Part shown: positions 37,843-48,251 of the stretch, one piece after another
Numbering within the stretch: position 1 is the stretch's first letter
Layout: each line of letters starts with the position of its first letter
Assembly: GCA_947085245.1 (NCBI GenBank)
Contig: CAMTVU010000086.1
Span: 9,393 to 73,392, forward strand
Direction of reading: 5' to 3'
Source of the DNA: an uncultured Chitinophagaceae bacterium
GTDB taxonomy: Bacteria; Bacteroidota; Bacteroidia; Chitinophagales; Chitinophagaceae
DNA length: 64,000 nt
Program-made: the position numbers and the translations under genes
Notes under the pieces: model-generated
What the model saw: only the letters and a program-made list of their open reading frames with translations
Database searches by the model: none
Told to the model about the DNA's origin: nothing

Positions 37843-38424
37843 TTGTACAAATTTAAACGTTTTACCGTGCATAAAATTGTGATTTGCATTACCGGCGCCA
37901 GTGGTTCTATCTATTCAAAACTTCTGCTGAAAAAGCTTTCAACAGTAAAAGACCAATGGACTGACGTGGCAGTAGTGATGACCGATAATGCCAAAGAAGT
38001 ATGGAAAATCGAGCTGGGTGATGACGGGTATGATCATCTTCCGTTTAAAGTTTATGCTACCAATGATTTCTCAGCACCTTTTGCATCGGGCTCGGGGCAG
38101 TATCATACCATGATCATTATTCCATGCTCCATGGGTACCCTGGGACGAATTGCATCCGGTATTTCCAATGATCTTATCACCAGGGCCGCCGATGTAATTT
38201 TAAAAGAAAGAAGAAAACTGATTTGTGTGGTAAGAGATACACCTTACAACCTTATTCATATCCGTAATATGGAAACGGTAACATTGGCAGGTGGAATTAT
38301 TTGCCCGGCCACACCTTCTTTTTACAGCAAACCGCAAACTATTGAAGAAGTAGCAGGAACGGTTGTTGACCGTGTACTTGATCTTGCCGGGATTGATGTG
38401 AAACCATTTCGTTGGGGTGAATAA
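37843..38424 (+). CDS. ubiX: Flavin prenyltransferase UbiX
   Basis: KIVICITGASGSIY and PCSMGTLGRIASGISNDLITRAADVILKERRKL blocks. The start may be the GTG at 37867. Confidence 0.9.
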   Translation: MYKFKRFTVHKIVICITGASGSIYSKLLLKKLSTVKDQWTDVAVVMTDNAKEVWKIELGDDGYDHLPFKVYATNDFSAPFASGSGQYHTMIIIPCSMGTLGRIASGISNDLITRAADVILKERRKLICVVRDTPYNLIHIRNMETVTLAGGIICPATPSFYSKPQTIEEVAGTVVDRVLDLAGIDVKPFRWGE

Positions 38425-38464
38425 AAAATGTATGATGTAAACGATTGACCATTCACTATTGATT

Positions 38465-39706
38465 TTAATATTCCAGCTTTTGTAAGCTTGGCGCTTTAAA
38501 CCAGGTTGCAATTACAACTGCAATCGTCATGCAACCGCCAAATACAACAGAGGGTACAACACCCATCAACCGTGCAACAACTCCGCTTTCAAACTGACCC
38601 AGTTCATTACTGGAGTTGATGAACATACTGTTTACACTCATCACCCTTCCTCTTAATTCATCAGGAGTTTTTAATTGAAGTATGGTGCCACGCACTACAA
38701 TGCTGATGCCATCCAGCAGGCCTGCCATAAACAAAGCGGCAAACGACAACCAGAACAGTTGGGATAAACCAAAAATAATAATGCTGATTCCAAAACCTGC
38801 AACAGCATACATCAATACTTTTCCCTGCTGTTTGCGTAGCGGGAACACTGTTAGTAAGATTACAATAAGTATGGCACCAAAATCGGCAGCCGCATTCAGC
38901 CAGCCAAAACCAATAGGCCCCACCTTTAAAATATCTTTTGCAAATACAGGAACCATTGCCACAGCGCCGCCAAACAAAACTGCAAAAAGATCAAGCACCA
39001 GCGCTCCCAAAACTTCTTTGGTTTTATATACAAAGCGAATTCCTTCTTTTACACTTTCCCATGTTTTCTTTTCTGCTTGCGGAGGAGCAGGTTTGCTGGC
39101 AATAGTATTGAAAATGAGCAAGGCCAATGCTGTCAATAAGATGGTGGCAGTAAGTGTACCGGTAATACCAAATCCTGCAATTAAAAATCCGGCAAGCGAA
39201 TGGCCCGTAACAGAAGCAGTGAGCCATGTGCCCTGGCTCCAGGTAACGGCATTGGCTAAAATATCTTTTGGCACAAGTTGTGAAATGATGGCCCCAAATG
39301 AAGGGCCGCTGAATGCACGGATAATACCTGTAATGAAAATGATGAGATAAACCAGGTAAATAACAGTTGATTTTCCAAACTGATGCATAAAGAAAGCAGT
39401 AGATATAAACAGCAGCATCGCAACACATATACCGTAAAATAAAGCGGAACGGATGACCATTTTTTTCCGGTCGCTTATATCTACAACATGCCCGGCATAT
39501 AAGGCCATGCTCACTGCAGGAATCACTTCGGCTAAACCAATTAAACCCAGGGCTAAAGGATCGCCTGTAAGTTCATACATCCACCAGCCCACCAGCGTTC
39601 CCATCATGCGTAACCCCATGATGAATAAAAATCTTGCAATGGCAAAATTTCTGAACTCGGTAACACGAACGGCAATGAACGGATCTGTAGTTAGTTGGTT
39701 GGCCAC
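38465..39706 (-). CDS. MFS transporter
   Basis: 413 aa, about 12 TM segments, MFS-like loop motifs. Confidence 0.8.
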   Translation of the reverse strand: MANQLTTDPFIAVRVTEFRNFAIARFLFIMGLRMMGTLVGWWMYELTGDPLALGLIGLAEVIPAVSMALYAGHVVDISDRKKMVIRSALFYGICVAMLLFISTAFFMHQFGKSTVIYLVYLIIFITGIIRAFSGPSFGAIISQLVPKDILANAVTWSQGTWLTASVTGHSLAGFLIAGFGITGTLTATILLTALALLIFNTIASKPAPPQAEKKTWESVKEGIRFVYKTKEVLGALVLDLFAVLFGGAVAMVPVFAKDILKVGPIGFGWLNAAADFGAILIVILLTVFPLRKQQGKVLMYAVAGFGISIIIFGLSQLFWLSFAALFMAGLLDGISIVVRGTILQLKTPDELRGRVMSVNSMFINSSNELGQFESGVVARLMGVVPSVVFGGCMTIAVVIATWFKAPSLQKLEY

Positions 39707-39795
39707 CGGGCAAATCTAAGAACAATCTTTTGATGTAAGATGTAAGAGGCAGGAAGTAAGAAGTACGAAGTAAGACATAAGATATAAGCATATCG

Positions 39796-39820
39796 TTCAC
39801 CATTCACAACTCACCACTCA
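39796..39820. repeat. Left arm of a perfect 25-bp inverted repeat bracketing the deoxynucleoside kinase ORF
   Basis: TTCACCATTCACAACTCACCACTCA abuts the stop codon at 39821-39823. Exact reverse complement at 40468-40492. Confidence 0.9.
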
Positions 39821-40453
39821 TTACGGCAGTGTGAGATAATGCTGCCCGGTTTCGTAATCTTTTTCAAGAGCATCAATAATTGTTTGCAGATGTGTTGCAT
39901 TGCTTAAGAAATCTGCATTACTGGTATCAATAAATAAGGTTTTTACATTGTGCTGTTTGATGTATTGGGTATAGGTTTCCTGGATGCTAAACAGGTAATC
40001 ATCACCTATCTGCTGCTCATAACTTCGGTTCCTTTTTTTTATGTTTTGCTGCAGCTTGGCTACCGGTGCATGGAGGTAGATCAACAGATCGGGTTGCACC
40101 AACTGCTGGTGAATAATATCAAACAGGCTTTGATACAACCGGAATTCATCAACCGGCAAATTCACTTTGGCAAACAGCAAACATTTGGTGAACAGGTAAT
40201 CAGAAATGGTAACAGAGTTAAACAGGTCCTGCGTGTGCAGCAGATCTTTCAACTGTTTGTAACGCTCGGCCATAAAAAACAATTCAAGCGGAAAAGCAAA
40301 CTGCTGCGGGTTTTCATAAAACTTGGGCAGAAAAGGATTGTCGGCAAATTCTTCCAATATCAACCTTGCGTTGAAATGTTTGCTTAGCAAATGTGCCAGT
40401 GTGGTTTTGCCGGCGCCAATATTTCCTTCTATGGTAATGAAATGGTAGTTCAT
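39821..40453 (-). CDS. Deoxynucleoside kinase (dAK/dGK family)
   Basis: P-loop ITIEGNIGAGKTTLA. LILEEFADNPFLPKFYENP block. 210 aa. Confidence 0.85.
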   Translation of the reverse strand: MNYHFITIEGNIGAGKTTLAHLLSKHFNARLILEEFADNPFLPKFYENPQQFAFPLELFFMAERYKQLKDLLHTQDLFNSVTISDYLFTKCLLFAKVNLPVDEFRLYQSLFDIIHQQLVQPDLLIYLHAPVAKLQQNIKKRNRSYEQQIGDDYLFSIQETYTQYIKQHNVKTLFIDTSNADFLSNATHLQTIIDALEKDYETGQHYLTLP

Positions 40454-40467
40454 TTAATTGTAAGTGG

Positions 40468-40492
40468 TGAGTGGTGAGTTGTGAATGGTGAA
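40468..40492. repeat. Right arm of the perfect 25-bp inverted repeat
   Basis: TGAGTGGTGAGTTGTGAATGGTGAA, 14 nt upstream of the kinase ATG (40453-40451). Confidence 0.9.
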
Positions 40493-40623
40493 TGGAATAC
40501 TCTGAACAATGAACACCCAACGTTAAACCTTATACCTTCAACTTTCAACCTTCTTTTGGCAGCAAATTAAAGCATGCTGCGAAATAGAAAAATGAATTTG
40601 TACAGTTTGTGGAAAAGTAAATC

Positions 40624-41109
40624 TTAAACTTTTTTCACAGCAAGTACATCAGCACATTCTTTCAGCAAAGTGCTCACAGTTTTTTTATAAACGGGATGAA
40701 TTTTGCGGGGCGATAATTCAATTAACGGAACCAGCACAAACTTCCTGTCCTGTATGGCAGGGTGGGGAAGTGTTACAACCGGCGAATGATAAACCAGCTC
40801 ATTATAAAACAAAATATCAAGGTCAATGGTACGTGGGCCGTACTTTTCAGTTCGTATTCTGCCAAGTCCTGTTTCAATGCGTAGCAGGGTTTTCATCAAT
40901 TCATCGGGCGAAAGTTTTGTATAAATTACGATGACCAGGTTGAGAAAAGCTGCCTGTTTTGTATTACCCCATGCGGCTGTTTCATAAACCGATGATTCTT
41001 TTAAAAGCCTGCCACAGTGTTCACCAATTTCCTTTTTTGCTTTACTTAGAAATTGTTTGCGCTGTCCCTTGTTACTGCCCAATAGTATATATGCTTTATG
41101 AATTGGCAT
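40624..41109 (-). CDS. folK: 2-amino-4-hydroxy-6-hydroxymethyldihydropteridine pyrophosphokinase (HPPK)
   Basis: Start moved to MPIHKAYILLGSN. YETAAWG, IDLDILFY and LPHP...RKFVLVPL blocks. Confidence 0.88.
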   Translation of the reverse strand: MPIHKAYILLGSNKGQRKQFLSKAKKEIGEHCGRLLKESSVYETAAWGNTKQAAFLNLVIVIYTKLSPDELMKTLLRIETGLGRIRTEKYGPRTIDLDILFYNELVYHSPVVTLPHPAIQDRKFVLVPLIELSPRKIHPVYKKTVSTLLKECADVLAVKKV

Positions 41110-41170
41110 GCTGTAAAAGTAGGGTGAAAAAGTTTTTTCAATCAAACCCATAAACAAATAGCTTTGCGCC

Positions 41171-42277
41171 ATGAGTAAACCTTACAGCCAGTGGAGAGCT
41201 ATGCTGGCTATTACAAGAGCAAGTTTAAGAGCAATCTTCCGCAGCCCGAGTGCCGTTGTTTTCAGTTTTGCTTTTCCGCTGATTTTTATTCTGGTGTTTG
41301 GATTTATTGGTGGCGGAAGCCCTACCGTACGGATTGGTTTTACTCCAACAACCGATACAACACAGAACAATGCCGTTTATCAATTGCTGATAAAATATAA
41401 AACCATCCGCATTGTTGAAAAGAATGAAGCTGAATTAAAAAGTGATTTGTCCAAAGGACGGGTTACCGCTATCCTTGATATTCAGCCAACTAAAAACGGT
41501 CAGCTTCCTTTTTATACTATCAGTATTCAAACTTCCACTGCAAGTGTAGATAAGCTGGCCATGCTGCAATCAACCCTGAAAGATATTATTGTAAATATTG
41601 ATCGCAGAACTGCTCCCAATGCTCCTACCTATGCAAGTATTGATTTGCCGCCACCACTGCCGGGAAGAGTTTATCGCACAATTGATTTTATTTTACCGGG
41701 TCAGCTTGGTTTTTCATTACTGGCAGCCGGTGTATTTGGTGTGGCATTCCTGTTTTTTAATTTACGCCAAACACTGGTGCTGAAGCGTTTTTTTGCAACA
41801 CCCGTTCAACGAAAGTTTATTTTGTTTGGTGAAGCAATCAGCCGTGTGCTGTTTCAATTAATTACAGCGGTTGTTATTTTACTAATCGGGCATTTTGTTT
41901 TTAAGTTTACCCTCGTTCATGGCGCAGTAACATTTATTGAATTGCTGGTGCTGAGTATAATTGGTTTGATTGTATTTATGGGTTTTGGATTTATTGTAAG
42001 CGGCTTGGCAAAAAACGAAAGCAGCATTCCTCCGTTTGCCAATTTAATAACCATGCCGCAATTTTTGCTGGCCGGCACTTTTTTTCCCATTGATACATTT
42101 CCCAAATGGCTGCAACCGTTTTGCAGAATATTACCACTTACACATTTGAATGATGCCATGCGGAGTGTTGCATTTGAAGGAAGTCATTTGATTGATTGCA
42201 GTAAGCAACTGGCAATTCTTGGGTTATGGGGAGTAGGGGTGTATATCGTTGCCGTTAAAGTGTTTAAATGGGAGTGA
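41171..42277 (+). CDS. ABC-2 type transporter permease (no adjacent ATPase gene)
   Basis: 368 aa. N-terminal TM, large loop, five C-terminal TM segments typical of ABC-2 permeases. Confidence 0.7.
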   Translation: MSKPYSQWRAMLAITRASLRAIFRSPSAVVFSFAFPLIFILVFGFIGGGSPTVRIGFTPTTDTTQNNAVYQLLIKYKTIRIVEKNEAELKSDLSKGRVTAILDIQPTKNGQLPFYTISIQTSTASVDKLAMLQSTLKDIIVNIDRRTAPNAPTYASIDLPPPLPGRVYRTIDFILPGQLGFSLLAAGVFGVAFLFFNLRQTLVLKRFFATPVQRKFILFGEAISRVLFQLITAVVILLIGHFVFKFTLVHGAVTFIELLVLSIIGLIVFMGFGFIVSGLAKNESSIPPFANLITMPQFLLAGTFFPIDTFPKWLQPFCRILPLTHLNDAMRSVAFEGSHLIDCSKQLAILGLWGVGVYIVAVKVFKWE

Positions 42278-42285
42278 GGAGTGAG

Positions 42286-42342
42286 GTACGATGGATGAAT
42301 TTTGAAGTACGATGGATGAATTTTGAAGTACGATGTATGAAG
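42286..42342. repeat. Tandem repeat, 21-bp unit GTACGATGGATGAATTTTGAA, 2.7 copies
   Basis: Read directly. The third unit is partial and diverged (GTACGATGTATGAAG). Confidence 0.8.
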
Positions 42343-42402
42343 CTCAAGGTAAATGACTTTCTCATTCCTCATTTTTAATTCTTTATTTTTCATTTTCTTT
42401 TT

Positions 42403-42954
42403 ATGCGTTTCGTAAAAATGTTTTTATTTGTTTTGATTGGATTGTTTGCAGTGATAACAATCATTGGCTTGTTCATTCCATCATCTGTAAAAATTTCAAG
42501 GGGTGTCATCATCAATGCTGATAGTGTGAAGGTGCACAATGAATTAAGTGATGTAAAAAACTGGAACCAATGGCTGCCGTGGATCACTGCTGATAATGGC
42601 GCTATTGTTCAGCTTTCTCCTGTTACCAATGCGCCCGGTTCCTTTTTTAAATGGCAGGGGTTGAAATATAAAAGTGCAGGTACAATTACATTGCAACAGA
42701 TCAACCCCGATATGATTACCATGTTATACCATTTGAAAGATATGAATGATGCAGAGGGTGGATTTCGCCTCCGGTCAACCGGTGCTGTAAAGCAGGATAC
42801 AGAAGTACAATGGTTTATGGAATACAAATTGAAATGGTATCCCTGGGAAAGGTTTTATGGTATTTTTTTAGATCATATCATTGGCCCTGCATTTGATAAA
42901 GGCCTTGAGCAATTGAAAACTTATACCGAAGAAAAAACGATAACTGCTTCCTGA
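42403..42954 (+). CDS. SRPBCC-superfamily (START/polyketide cyclase-like) protein with N-terminal TM anchor
   Basis: The N-terminal TM followed by ...SRGVIINADSVKVHNELSDVKNWNQWLPW pattern is common in this family. Confidence 0.6.
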   Translation: MRFVKMFLFVLIGLFAVITIIGLFIPSSVKISRGVIINADSVKVHNELSDVKNWNQWLPWITADNGAIVQLSPVTNAPGSFFKWQGLKYKSAGTITLQQINPDMITMLYHLKDMNDAEGGFRLRSTGAVKQDTEVQWFMEYKLKWYPWERFYGIFLDHIIGPAFDKGLEQLKTYTEEKTITAS

Positions 42955-42963
42955 CAATTTTTA

Positions 42964-44166
42964 TTACCACGGGAAACTGATCTTTCCCATTGTAACAGAA
43001 GGAATACCCATCAGTTCATTACTGAATTGGATCTTTCCCCCGGCAATACATTCATTGGCTAAAATGGCAAACAGCACTGCTTCTTTTGCATCGGGGTGAA
43101 TACCCAGCTCAGTTGTTAAGTGTACAAAAATACCCGGCAACAATGTTTTGATATGTTGCATCAGCAAAGGATTGTGCATGCCACCACCGCTAACGTACAA
43201 ATGAAATTTACTTTGATCTGGCATTATTTTTTTAATAGCTGTTGCAATGGTTTGTGCAGAAAATAAATTGAGCGTTGCCATTGTATCAAACACATTCAGT
43301 TCTTTTGAACCTGCTTTTTCTTTTGCCTGTTGCAGGTACTGCAGGTTAAATAATTCTGGTCCGGTTGTTTTTGGAAATGGTTGCTCAAAAAAGGAATGAT
43401 CTTTCAATGCGTTTAATAAGGATTCATCTACTTGTCCCTGTCTGGCAACAACAGCATCATTATCAAAATATTTTCCGGGGTAATGTTGTTGCATCAATGC
43501 ATCCATTATTGTATTTCCGGGTCCGGTATCTGTACAGAAGATTTTATTTGCATCCAGGGAACCCGGCAGATACGTAAAGTTGGCAATGCCGCCCATGTTG
43601 AGCATGATGCGGTCTTCACCCAGTTGCGAAAAAATAAGGTAATCGCCATATACTGCAAGGGGAGCGCCTTCACCACCTGCTGCAATATGCTTTTGTCTGA
43701 AATCGCTGATGGTGATAATACCTGTTGCAACGGCTAAGTGATCACTGTCGCCAATCTGTAAAGTTGCATTGCCGAATTTTTCCTGTTGATGCAGCGCTTT
43801 GGGTGCATGATAAACTGTTTGACCATGACTGGCTATCAGATCAATTTCTTCATTGGCAATATTTCTCTTTTTTAAAAAAGTATTGATCATTGCAGCTTGT
43901 TGCAACGCCACCCATGGATGCAGCAGACAGAGTTTTTCAAAATCAACTACTTTCTTTGCAAAGACAGTTTTAATCTCAGCTTTAAAATGGGGGTGGTAGG
44001 GAATGGTTTCAAAATCATTTAATTTAATTCTGGTGTTATAACCATCGCCACGAATACTGCAAAGAGCAATATCCAACCCATCAACAGAAGTACCACTCAT
44101 TAAACCAATGATTTTTCGCTCTTTTTTTTGTGCAATAGAGAAAAGCGAAGAAAGATTTTTGTTCAT
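42964..44166 (-). CDS. anmK: Anhydro-N-acetylmuramic acid kinase
   Basis: GLMSGTSVDGLDIALC N-terminal motif, 400 aa, ASKHA-type blocks. Confidence 0.9.
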   Translation of the reverse strand: MNKNLSSLFSIAQKKERKIIGLMSGTSVDGLDIALCSIRGDGYNTRIKLNDFETIPYHPHFKAEIKTVFAKKVVDFEKLCLLHPWVALQQAAMINTFLKKRNIANEEIDLIASHGQTVYHAPKALHQQEKFGNATLQIGDSDHLAVATGIITISDFRQKHIAAGGEGAPLAVYGDYLIFSQLGEDRIMLNMGGIANFTYLPGSLDANKIFCTDTGPGNTIMDALMQQHYPGKYFDNDAVVARQGQVDESLLNALKDHSFFEQPFPKTTGPELFNLQYLQQAKEKAGSKELNVFDTMATLNLFSAQTIATAIKKIMPDQSKFHLYVSGGGMHNPLLMQHIKTLLPGIFVHLTTELGIHPDAKEAVLFAILANECIAGGKIQFSNELMGIPSVTMGKISFPW

Positions 44167-44325
44167 AATATTAGAATTAGGGAATACTTAGATTATGCCT
44201 GTTTTTAAATTAATATTGCTGTTTTGTGCATGTTAATAATAAAAATAGTGCATTTATTTGCAGGTATTGAAAACTTTTGTAATTTTCATTTGTCAAAGCA
44301 ATAACGATCTGCAACCAAAATAGCC

Positions 44326-45072
44326 ATGCTTAAGCAAGAAAGACAAGCTTTTATTGTTCACCAGGTAAACCTGCATAACAGGGTTTTATCCTCTGATTTA
44401 AGTGAGCAGATCAAGGTATCAGAAGATACGATCCGCAGAGATTTGCAAGAGCTGGCAGATAAAGGCAAGATGATCAAAGTTCATGGAGGCGCTTTATCAA
44501 AATCCTTCAGCAGTTCCATCAATTCTTCCAAGGTATATTCCATTGATGCTAAAAAAACGATTGCTCAGAAAGCTGCTGCTTTAATCAAAGATGGCATGTT
44601 TGTTCTCAGCAGCGGGGGAACTACTATCATTGAAATGGCAAAAGCGTTGCCCGAAAGCCTGCATGCAACTTTTATTACAGGTAGTTTACCGGCAGCACTG
44701 GAATACGTTCATCATCCCAATATTGAAGTGATTTTTATTGGCGATAAGCTTTCAAAAAGTTCTCAGATAACAGTTGGCGCAGAAGCTATTTCAAAGATCA
44801 GGCAATTCAAAGCCGACTTCTGCTTTCTTGGCATTAATGCATTGGATATAGAACATGGTTTAACAGATAATGACTGGGATGTGGTGCAGGTAAAACGTGC
44901 TATGATTGAATCATCAATAAAAGTTGTTGCATTATCCATTGCTGAAAAGATCAACAGCTCTCAAAATATCCAGATATGTAAAGCAAGCGAACTGGATGTG
45001 CTTATTACTGAACTTACACCCGATGAAAAAATATTTCAACCTTATAAAAATACTGGGATTGAAATTTTATAA
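44326..45072 (+). CDS. DeoR/GlpR-family transcriptional regulator
   Basis: N-terminal HTH (ERQAFIVHQVNLHNRVLSSDLSEQIKVSEDTIRRDLQELA) and a C-terminal sugar-phosphate sensor-like domain. Confidence 0.88.
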   Translation: MLKQERQAFIVHQVNLHNRVLSSDLSEQIKVSEDTIRRDLQELADKGKMIKVHGGALSKSFSSSINSSKVYSIDAKKTIAQKAAALIKDGMFVLSSGGTTIIEMAKALPESLHATFITGSLPAALEYVHHPNIEVIFIGDKLSKSSQITVGAEAISKIRQFKADFCFLGINALDIEHGLTDNDWDVVQVKRAMIESSIKVVALSIAEKINSSQNIQICKASELDVLITELTPDEKIFQPYKNTGIEIL

Positions 45073-45110
45073 AAAGTGTAAACCAATTTCTCAAACATAA
45101 AAACTGCAAA

Positions 45111-48100
45111 ATGAAAAAAAGGGTTCAAACAATCACTGGCAGTTGGAGACTTGTGTACTTATTAACCACGATGATCTTTCTTTCATCATGGGTAAGTGCA
45201 CAGGTAACCATCTCCGGTAAAGTAACAGCAGCCGGTAATGTGGCTGTTTCCAATGTTTCTGTTGTTCTCAGCAATACCAGTTATGGTACAACAACAGATG
45301 CAACCGGCGCCTATTCCATCAGCGCCAACCTGAAGCCGGGTAAATACACACTTGAATTTTCAGGGGTTGGACTTAAATCAAAAACTGCAGACATTAATGT
45401 TGCAGGTGGTACAAACAGTTATACTTCTGATGTATCATTGGCCGATGATGTTTTAGGTTTGGATGAAGTAGTAGTGACCGGCACCAGCCAGGGCACTACT
45501 AAAAAGCAATTGGGAAGTTATGTGAGTACAGTAAAAGGTGATCAGTTAACAAGAGGCGGTTCCGGTAATGTGCTGGCTGCTCTTCAGGGTAAAACTGCGG
45601 GTGCACAGATTATACAAAACTCGGGCGACCCGGCTGGTGGAATATCAGTTCGTTTGAGAGGTATCAGTTCTATCAACAGTTCTTCTGAACCATTATATAT
45701 TGTTGATGGCATTATCGTTAATAATTCAACTACCCGTGTTACCAATACTTCAGGTAATTATGATGGCCAGAATTTTGTTGGCAACATCGGACAAAACCGT
45801 TTGGCAGATATAAATCCTGCCGATATTGAAAGAATAGAAGTATTAAACGGTGCTGCAGCTGCGGCAATTTACGGATCCAGAGCTAATGCAGGCGTAGTAC
45901 AAATCTTTACAAAAAGAGGAAGTTCGGGAGCTCCCATCGTTAGTTTTAGTTCTAACGTAATAGTAAGCCAGCTTCGCAAAAGTGTAGAAGTAAACCGTGC
46001 ACCTACAAAATTTGGTAATGCACCCGATGGCCCTACTGCTCAAACTCAGGATATACTTACACTTGCCTGGACAAACACAACTCCGGTTACCCGTTATGAT
46101 TATAATGATTATATTTTTCAAACAGGAATCGGAACTGACAATACTGTATCTGTAAGCGGGGGAAAAGATAAAACCAAGTATTACACATCAGCTTCTTATT
46201 TCTTTAATGAAGGCATTATCAAAAATACTGATTTCAGAAGATTCAGTTTCCGCAGCAATATTGACCAGGCAATTAATGATAAACTGAGTTTTACCCTGGG
46301 ATTAAATTATATCAACAGCGCTTCCAATGAAAAGCCGGATGGCAATTCTTTTTTCTCACCGCTAAATTCCATTAATATCATTGGTAATTTTCATGATATT
46401 CAGGCCCGTGATGCGTTAGGGAATATTAAAGTAATTGGTGAAAGGCAACGGGTAAATCCTGTTTCTGTAATTGAAGAAATTAAGCAAAGGCAGCAAACAA
46501 GCCGTATTCTTGCAGCAACAGGGTTAAAATGGAAACCAATCAGAAATTTATCTTTTGACTATACGCTTGGAATAGATAATTACTCTCAAGATGGTAAAAC
46601 ATTAATACCTCCTTTTCCTTATCCTGTTAACACCGCATTTTTTGGCGGAGGATTATCATTAGATCCTGCACAAAACGGGTATGCCAGCACAGCTGCCAAT
46701 AATTACTTTCAGATCAATAATGAAATCAATGCTACTTACCAGGCAAGGATTAATGATAATCTGAGTTCAACAACACAGGTAGGTTATTCCATTCAATATG
46801 AAAAATCAAGTTACAGTTTATTGCAAGGCAGAGGGCTACCACCAATTATAGAAACAGTTTCAGGAGCAAGTACTGCTTTGCCGGGAATAGATAGCAGAGG
46901 TGAATTATCTATCTCAGGTGCCTATCTGCAGCAAAATTTAAAATTCAAAAATCATTTATTTGTAACGGGTGCAGTGAGAGTAGATGGATCTTCTGTTTTC
47001 GGTCAAAATGAACGCAACCAGGTTTATTTTAAAGGAAGCGGAAGTTATATTCTCTCCGAAACTGATTTTTGGGAAAAATCAAGCATATCAAAATGGTGGG
47101 ATCTGTTGAAAGTAAGAATGGCTTATGGTGAATCGGGCAACCTTACCGGTATAGGACCTTATGACCGTTTTAATTCTTATTCAAGTATTGGTTTCCTTGG
47201 AAGAACTTCTTTCTTTTCCAGCTCAACATTGGCTAACACAAATGTAAAGCCGGAAAGACAAAGTGAAATTGAATTTGGTACCGATCTGGGTTTTCTGAAG
47301 AACCGTGTTGGTGTTCAGTTTAATTATTACGTAAAGAAAGTAAAAGATCTGCTTATTAACAGAGTAATTGCGCCAACAACTGGCTTCTCAAGCCTGTTGG
47401 ATAATTTTGGTTCACTTGAAAATAAAGGGTTTGAATTGGTATTAAATCTTGGAGTAGTCAGGAAAAAAGATTTCCGCTGGGATGTGACCGGTATATTCAA
47501 CCGAAACCGGAATAAAGCAGTTAAAATAGGACAGGCTTTAACGTTATTAAGTACAAATGGAGGAGCTCCGGTTGCTATATTGGAAGGTCAGCCCATTGGT
47601 GTTTTTTACGGAACTTTCTTTGCAACAGATGCAAGCGGCAACCAGATAAAGAATTCAAGCGGCATCCCTGTTACAGAAAGAGGAGTTCAGAATGGTCCGT
47701 TGTCTTATACAACTCAAAGAGATGCAAACGGCCAGCCAGCAGGAACAGTTTTACGCAAAGTGATTGGAGATCCCAATCCTGATTATACAGCAAGTCTTGT
47801 AAATGAATTAAGTTATAAAAGATTAAGTCTTCGTTTTCAATTTGATGCCGTACAGGGTGTGGATGTGTTTAATGCCGATTGGAGAACAAGGCAGGGTGTT
47901 GGTAACGGCAAAGTTGCAGAACAGGAACATAAAGGGCAAATTCCAAGAGGATATATTCTGGGTGTTTATGGAATTGAACAATGGCGCATTGATGATGGTT
48001 CATTTGTAAAATTGCGTGAACTTTCTTTCAGCTATAATTTTGGAAAAGTTAAGAATGTATTCAGTGGTCTCGTTGTTTCACTAAGCGGAAGAAACCTCAT

Positions 48101-48233
48101 TTCATTCGACAATTATAAAGGGTATGATCCTGAAGTGAATGCCGGAGGCCAAAGTACCATCTTAAGGGGAATTGACTTTGGCGCTGTTCCTATTCCACGC
48201 ACATTCAATTTTGGTATCCAGGCTAAGTTTTAA
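45111..48233 (+). CDS. SusC/RagA-family TonB-dependent outer-membrane transporter
   Basis: 1040 aa. CarbopepD_reg-like N-terminus, TonB box DEVVVTG, plug, barrel ending ...GIQAKF. SusD-like gene immediately downstream. Confidence 0.92.
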   Translation: MKKRVQTITGSWRLVYLLTTMIFLSSWVSAQVTISGKVTAAGNVAVSNVSVVLSNTSYGTTTDATGAYSISANLKPGKYTLEFSGVGLKSKTADINVAGGTNSYTSDVSLADDVLGLDEVVVTGTSQGTTKKQLGSYVSTVKGDQLTRGGSGNVLAALQGKTAGAQIIQNSGDPAGGISVRLRGISSINSSSEPLYIVDGIIVNNSTTRVTNTSGNYDGQNFVGNIGQNRLADINPADIERIEVLNGAAAAAIYGSRANAGVVQIFTKRGSSGAPIVSFSSNVIVSQLRKSVEVNRAPTKFGNAPDGPTAQTQDILTLAWTNTTPVTRYDYNDYIFQTGIGTDNTVSVSGGKDKTKYYTSASYFFNEGIIKNTDFRRFSFRSNIDQAINDKLSFTLGLNYINSASNEKPDGNSFFSPLNSINIIGNFHDIQARDALGNIKVIGERQRVNPVSVIEEIKQRQQTSRILAATGLKWKPIRNLSFDYTLGIDNYSQDGKTLIPPFPYPVNTAFFGGGLSLDPAQNGYASTAANNYFQINNEINATYQARINDNLSSTTQVGYSIQYEKSSYSLLQGRGLPPIIETVSGASTALPGIDSRGELSISGAYLQQNLKFKNHLFVTGAVRVDGSSVFGQNERNQVYFKGSGSYILSETDFWEKSSISKWWDLLKVRMAYGESGNLTGIGPYDRFNSYSSIGFLGRTSFFSSSTLANTNVKPERQSEIEFGTDLGFLKNRVGVQFNYYVKKVKDLLINRVIAPTTGFSSLLDNFGSLENKGFELVLNLGVVRKKDFRWDVTGIFNRNRNKAVKIGQALTLLSTNGGAPVAILEGQPIGVFYGTFFATDASGNQIKNSSGIPVTERGVQNGPLSYTTQRDANGQPAGTVLRKVIGDPNPDYTASLVNELSYKRLSLRFQFDAVQGVDVFNADWRTRQGVGNGKVAEQEHKGQIPRGYILGVYGIEQWRIDDGSFVKLRELSFSYNFGKVKNVFSGLVVSLSGRNLISFDNYKGYDPEVNAGGQSTILRGIDFGAVPIPRTFNFGIQAKF

Positions 48234-48251
48234 TTCTAAAATCTGAAAATT

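Noticed and set aside
38682-39350. Long antisense ORFs from the six-frame track: 38682-39350, 7785-8195, 15511-15909, 39950-40387, 24087-24473, 32426-32773 and 16725-17099.
   Set aside because: Each is fully nested opposite a strongly supported conserved gene (MFS, BNR protein, tex, dNK, ahcY, gcvP). They have low-complexity or unusual composition and no recognisable motifs.
42286-42342. CRISPR-like array. The same question applies to the ATCCAAA x3 run at 6721-6741.
   Set aside because: These are contiguous tandem repeats without spacers, with at most 3 units. No cas genes are in the window.
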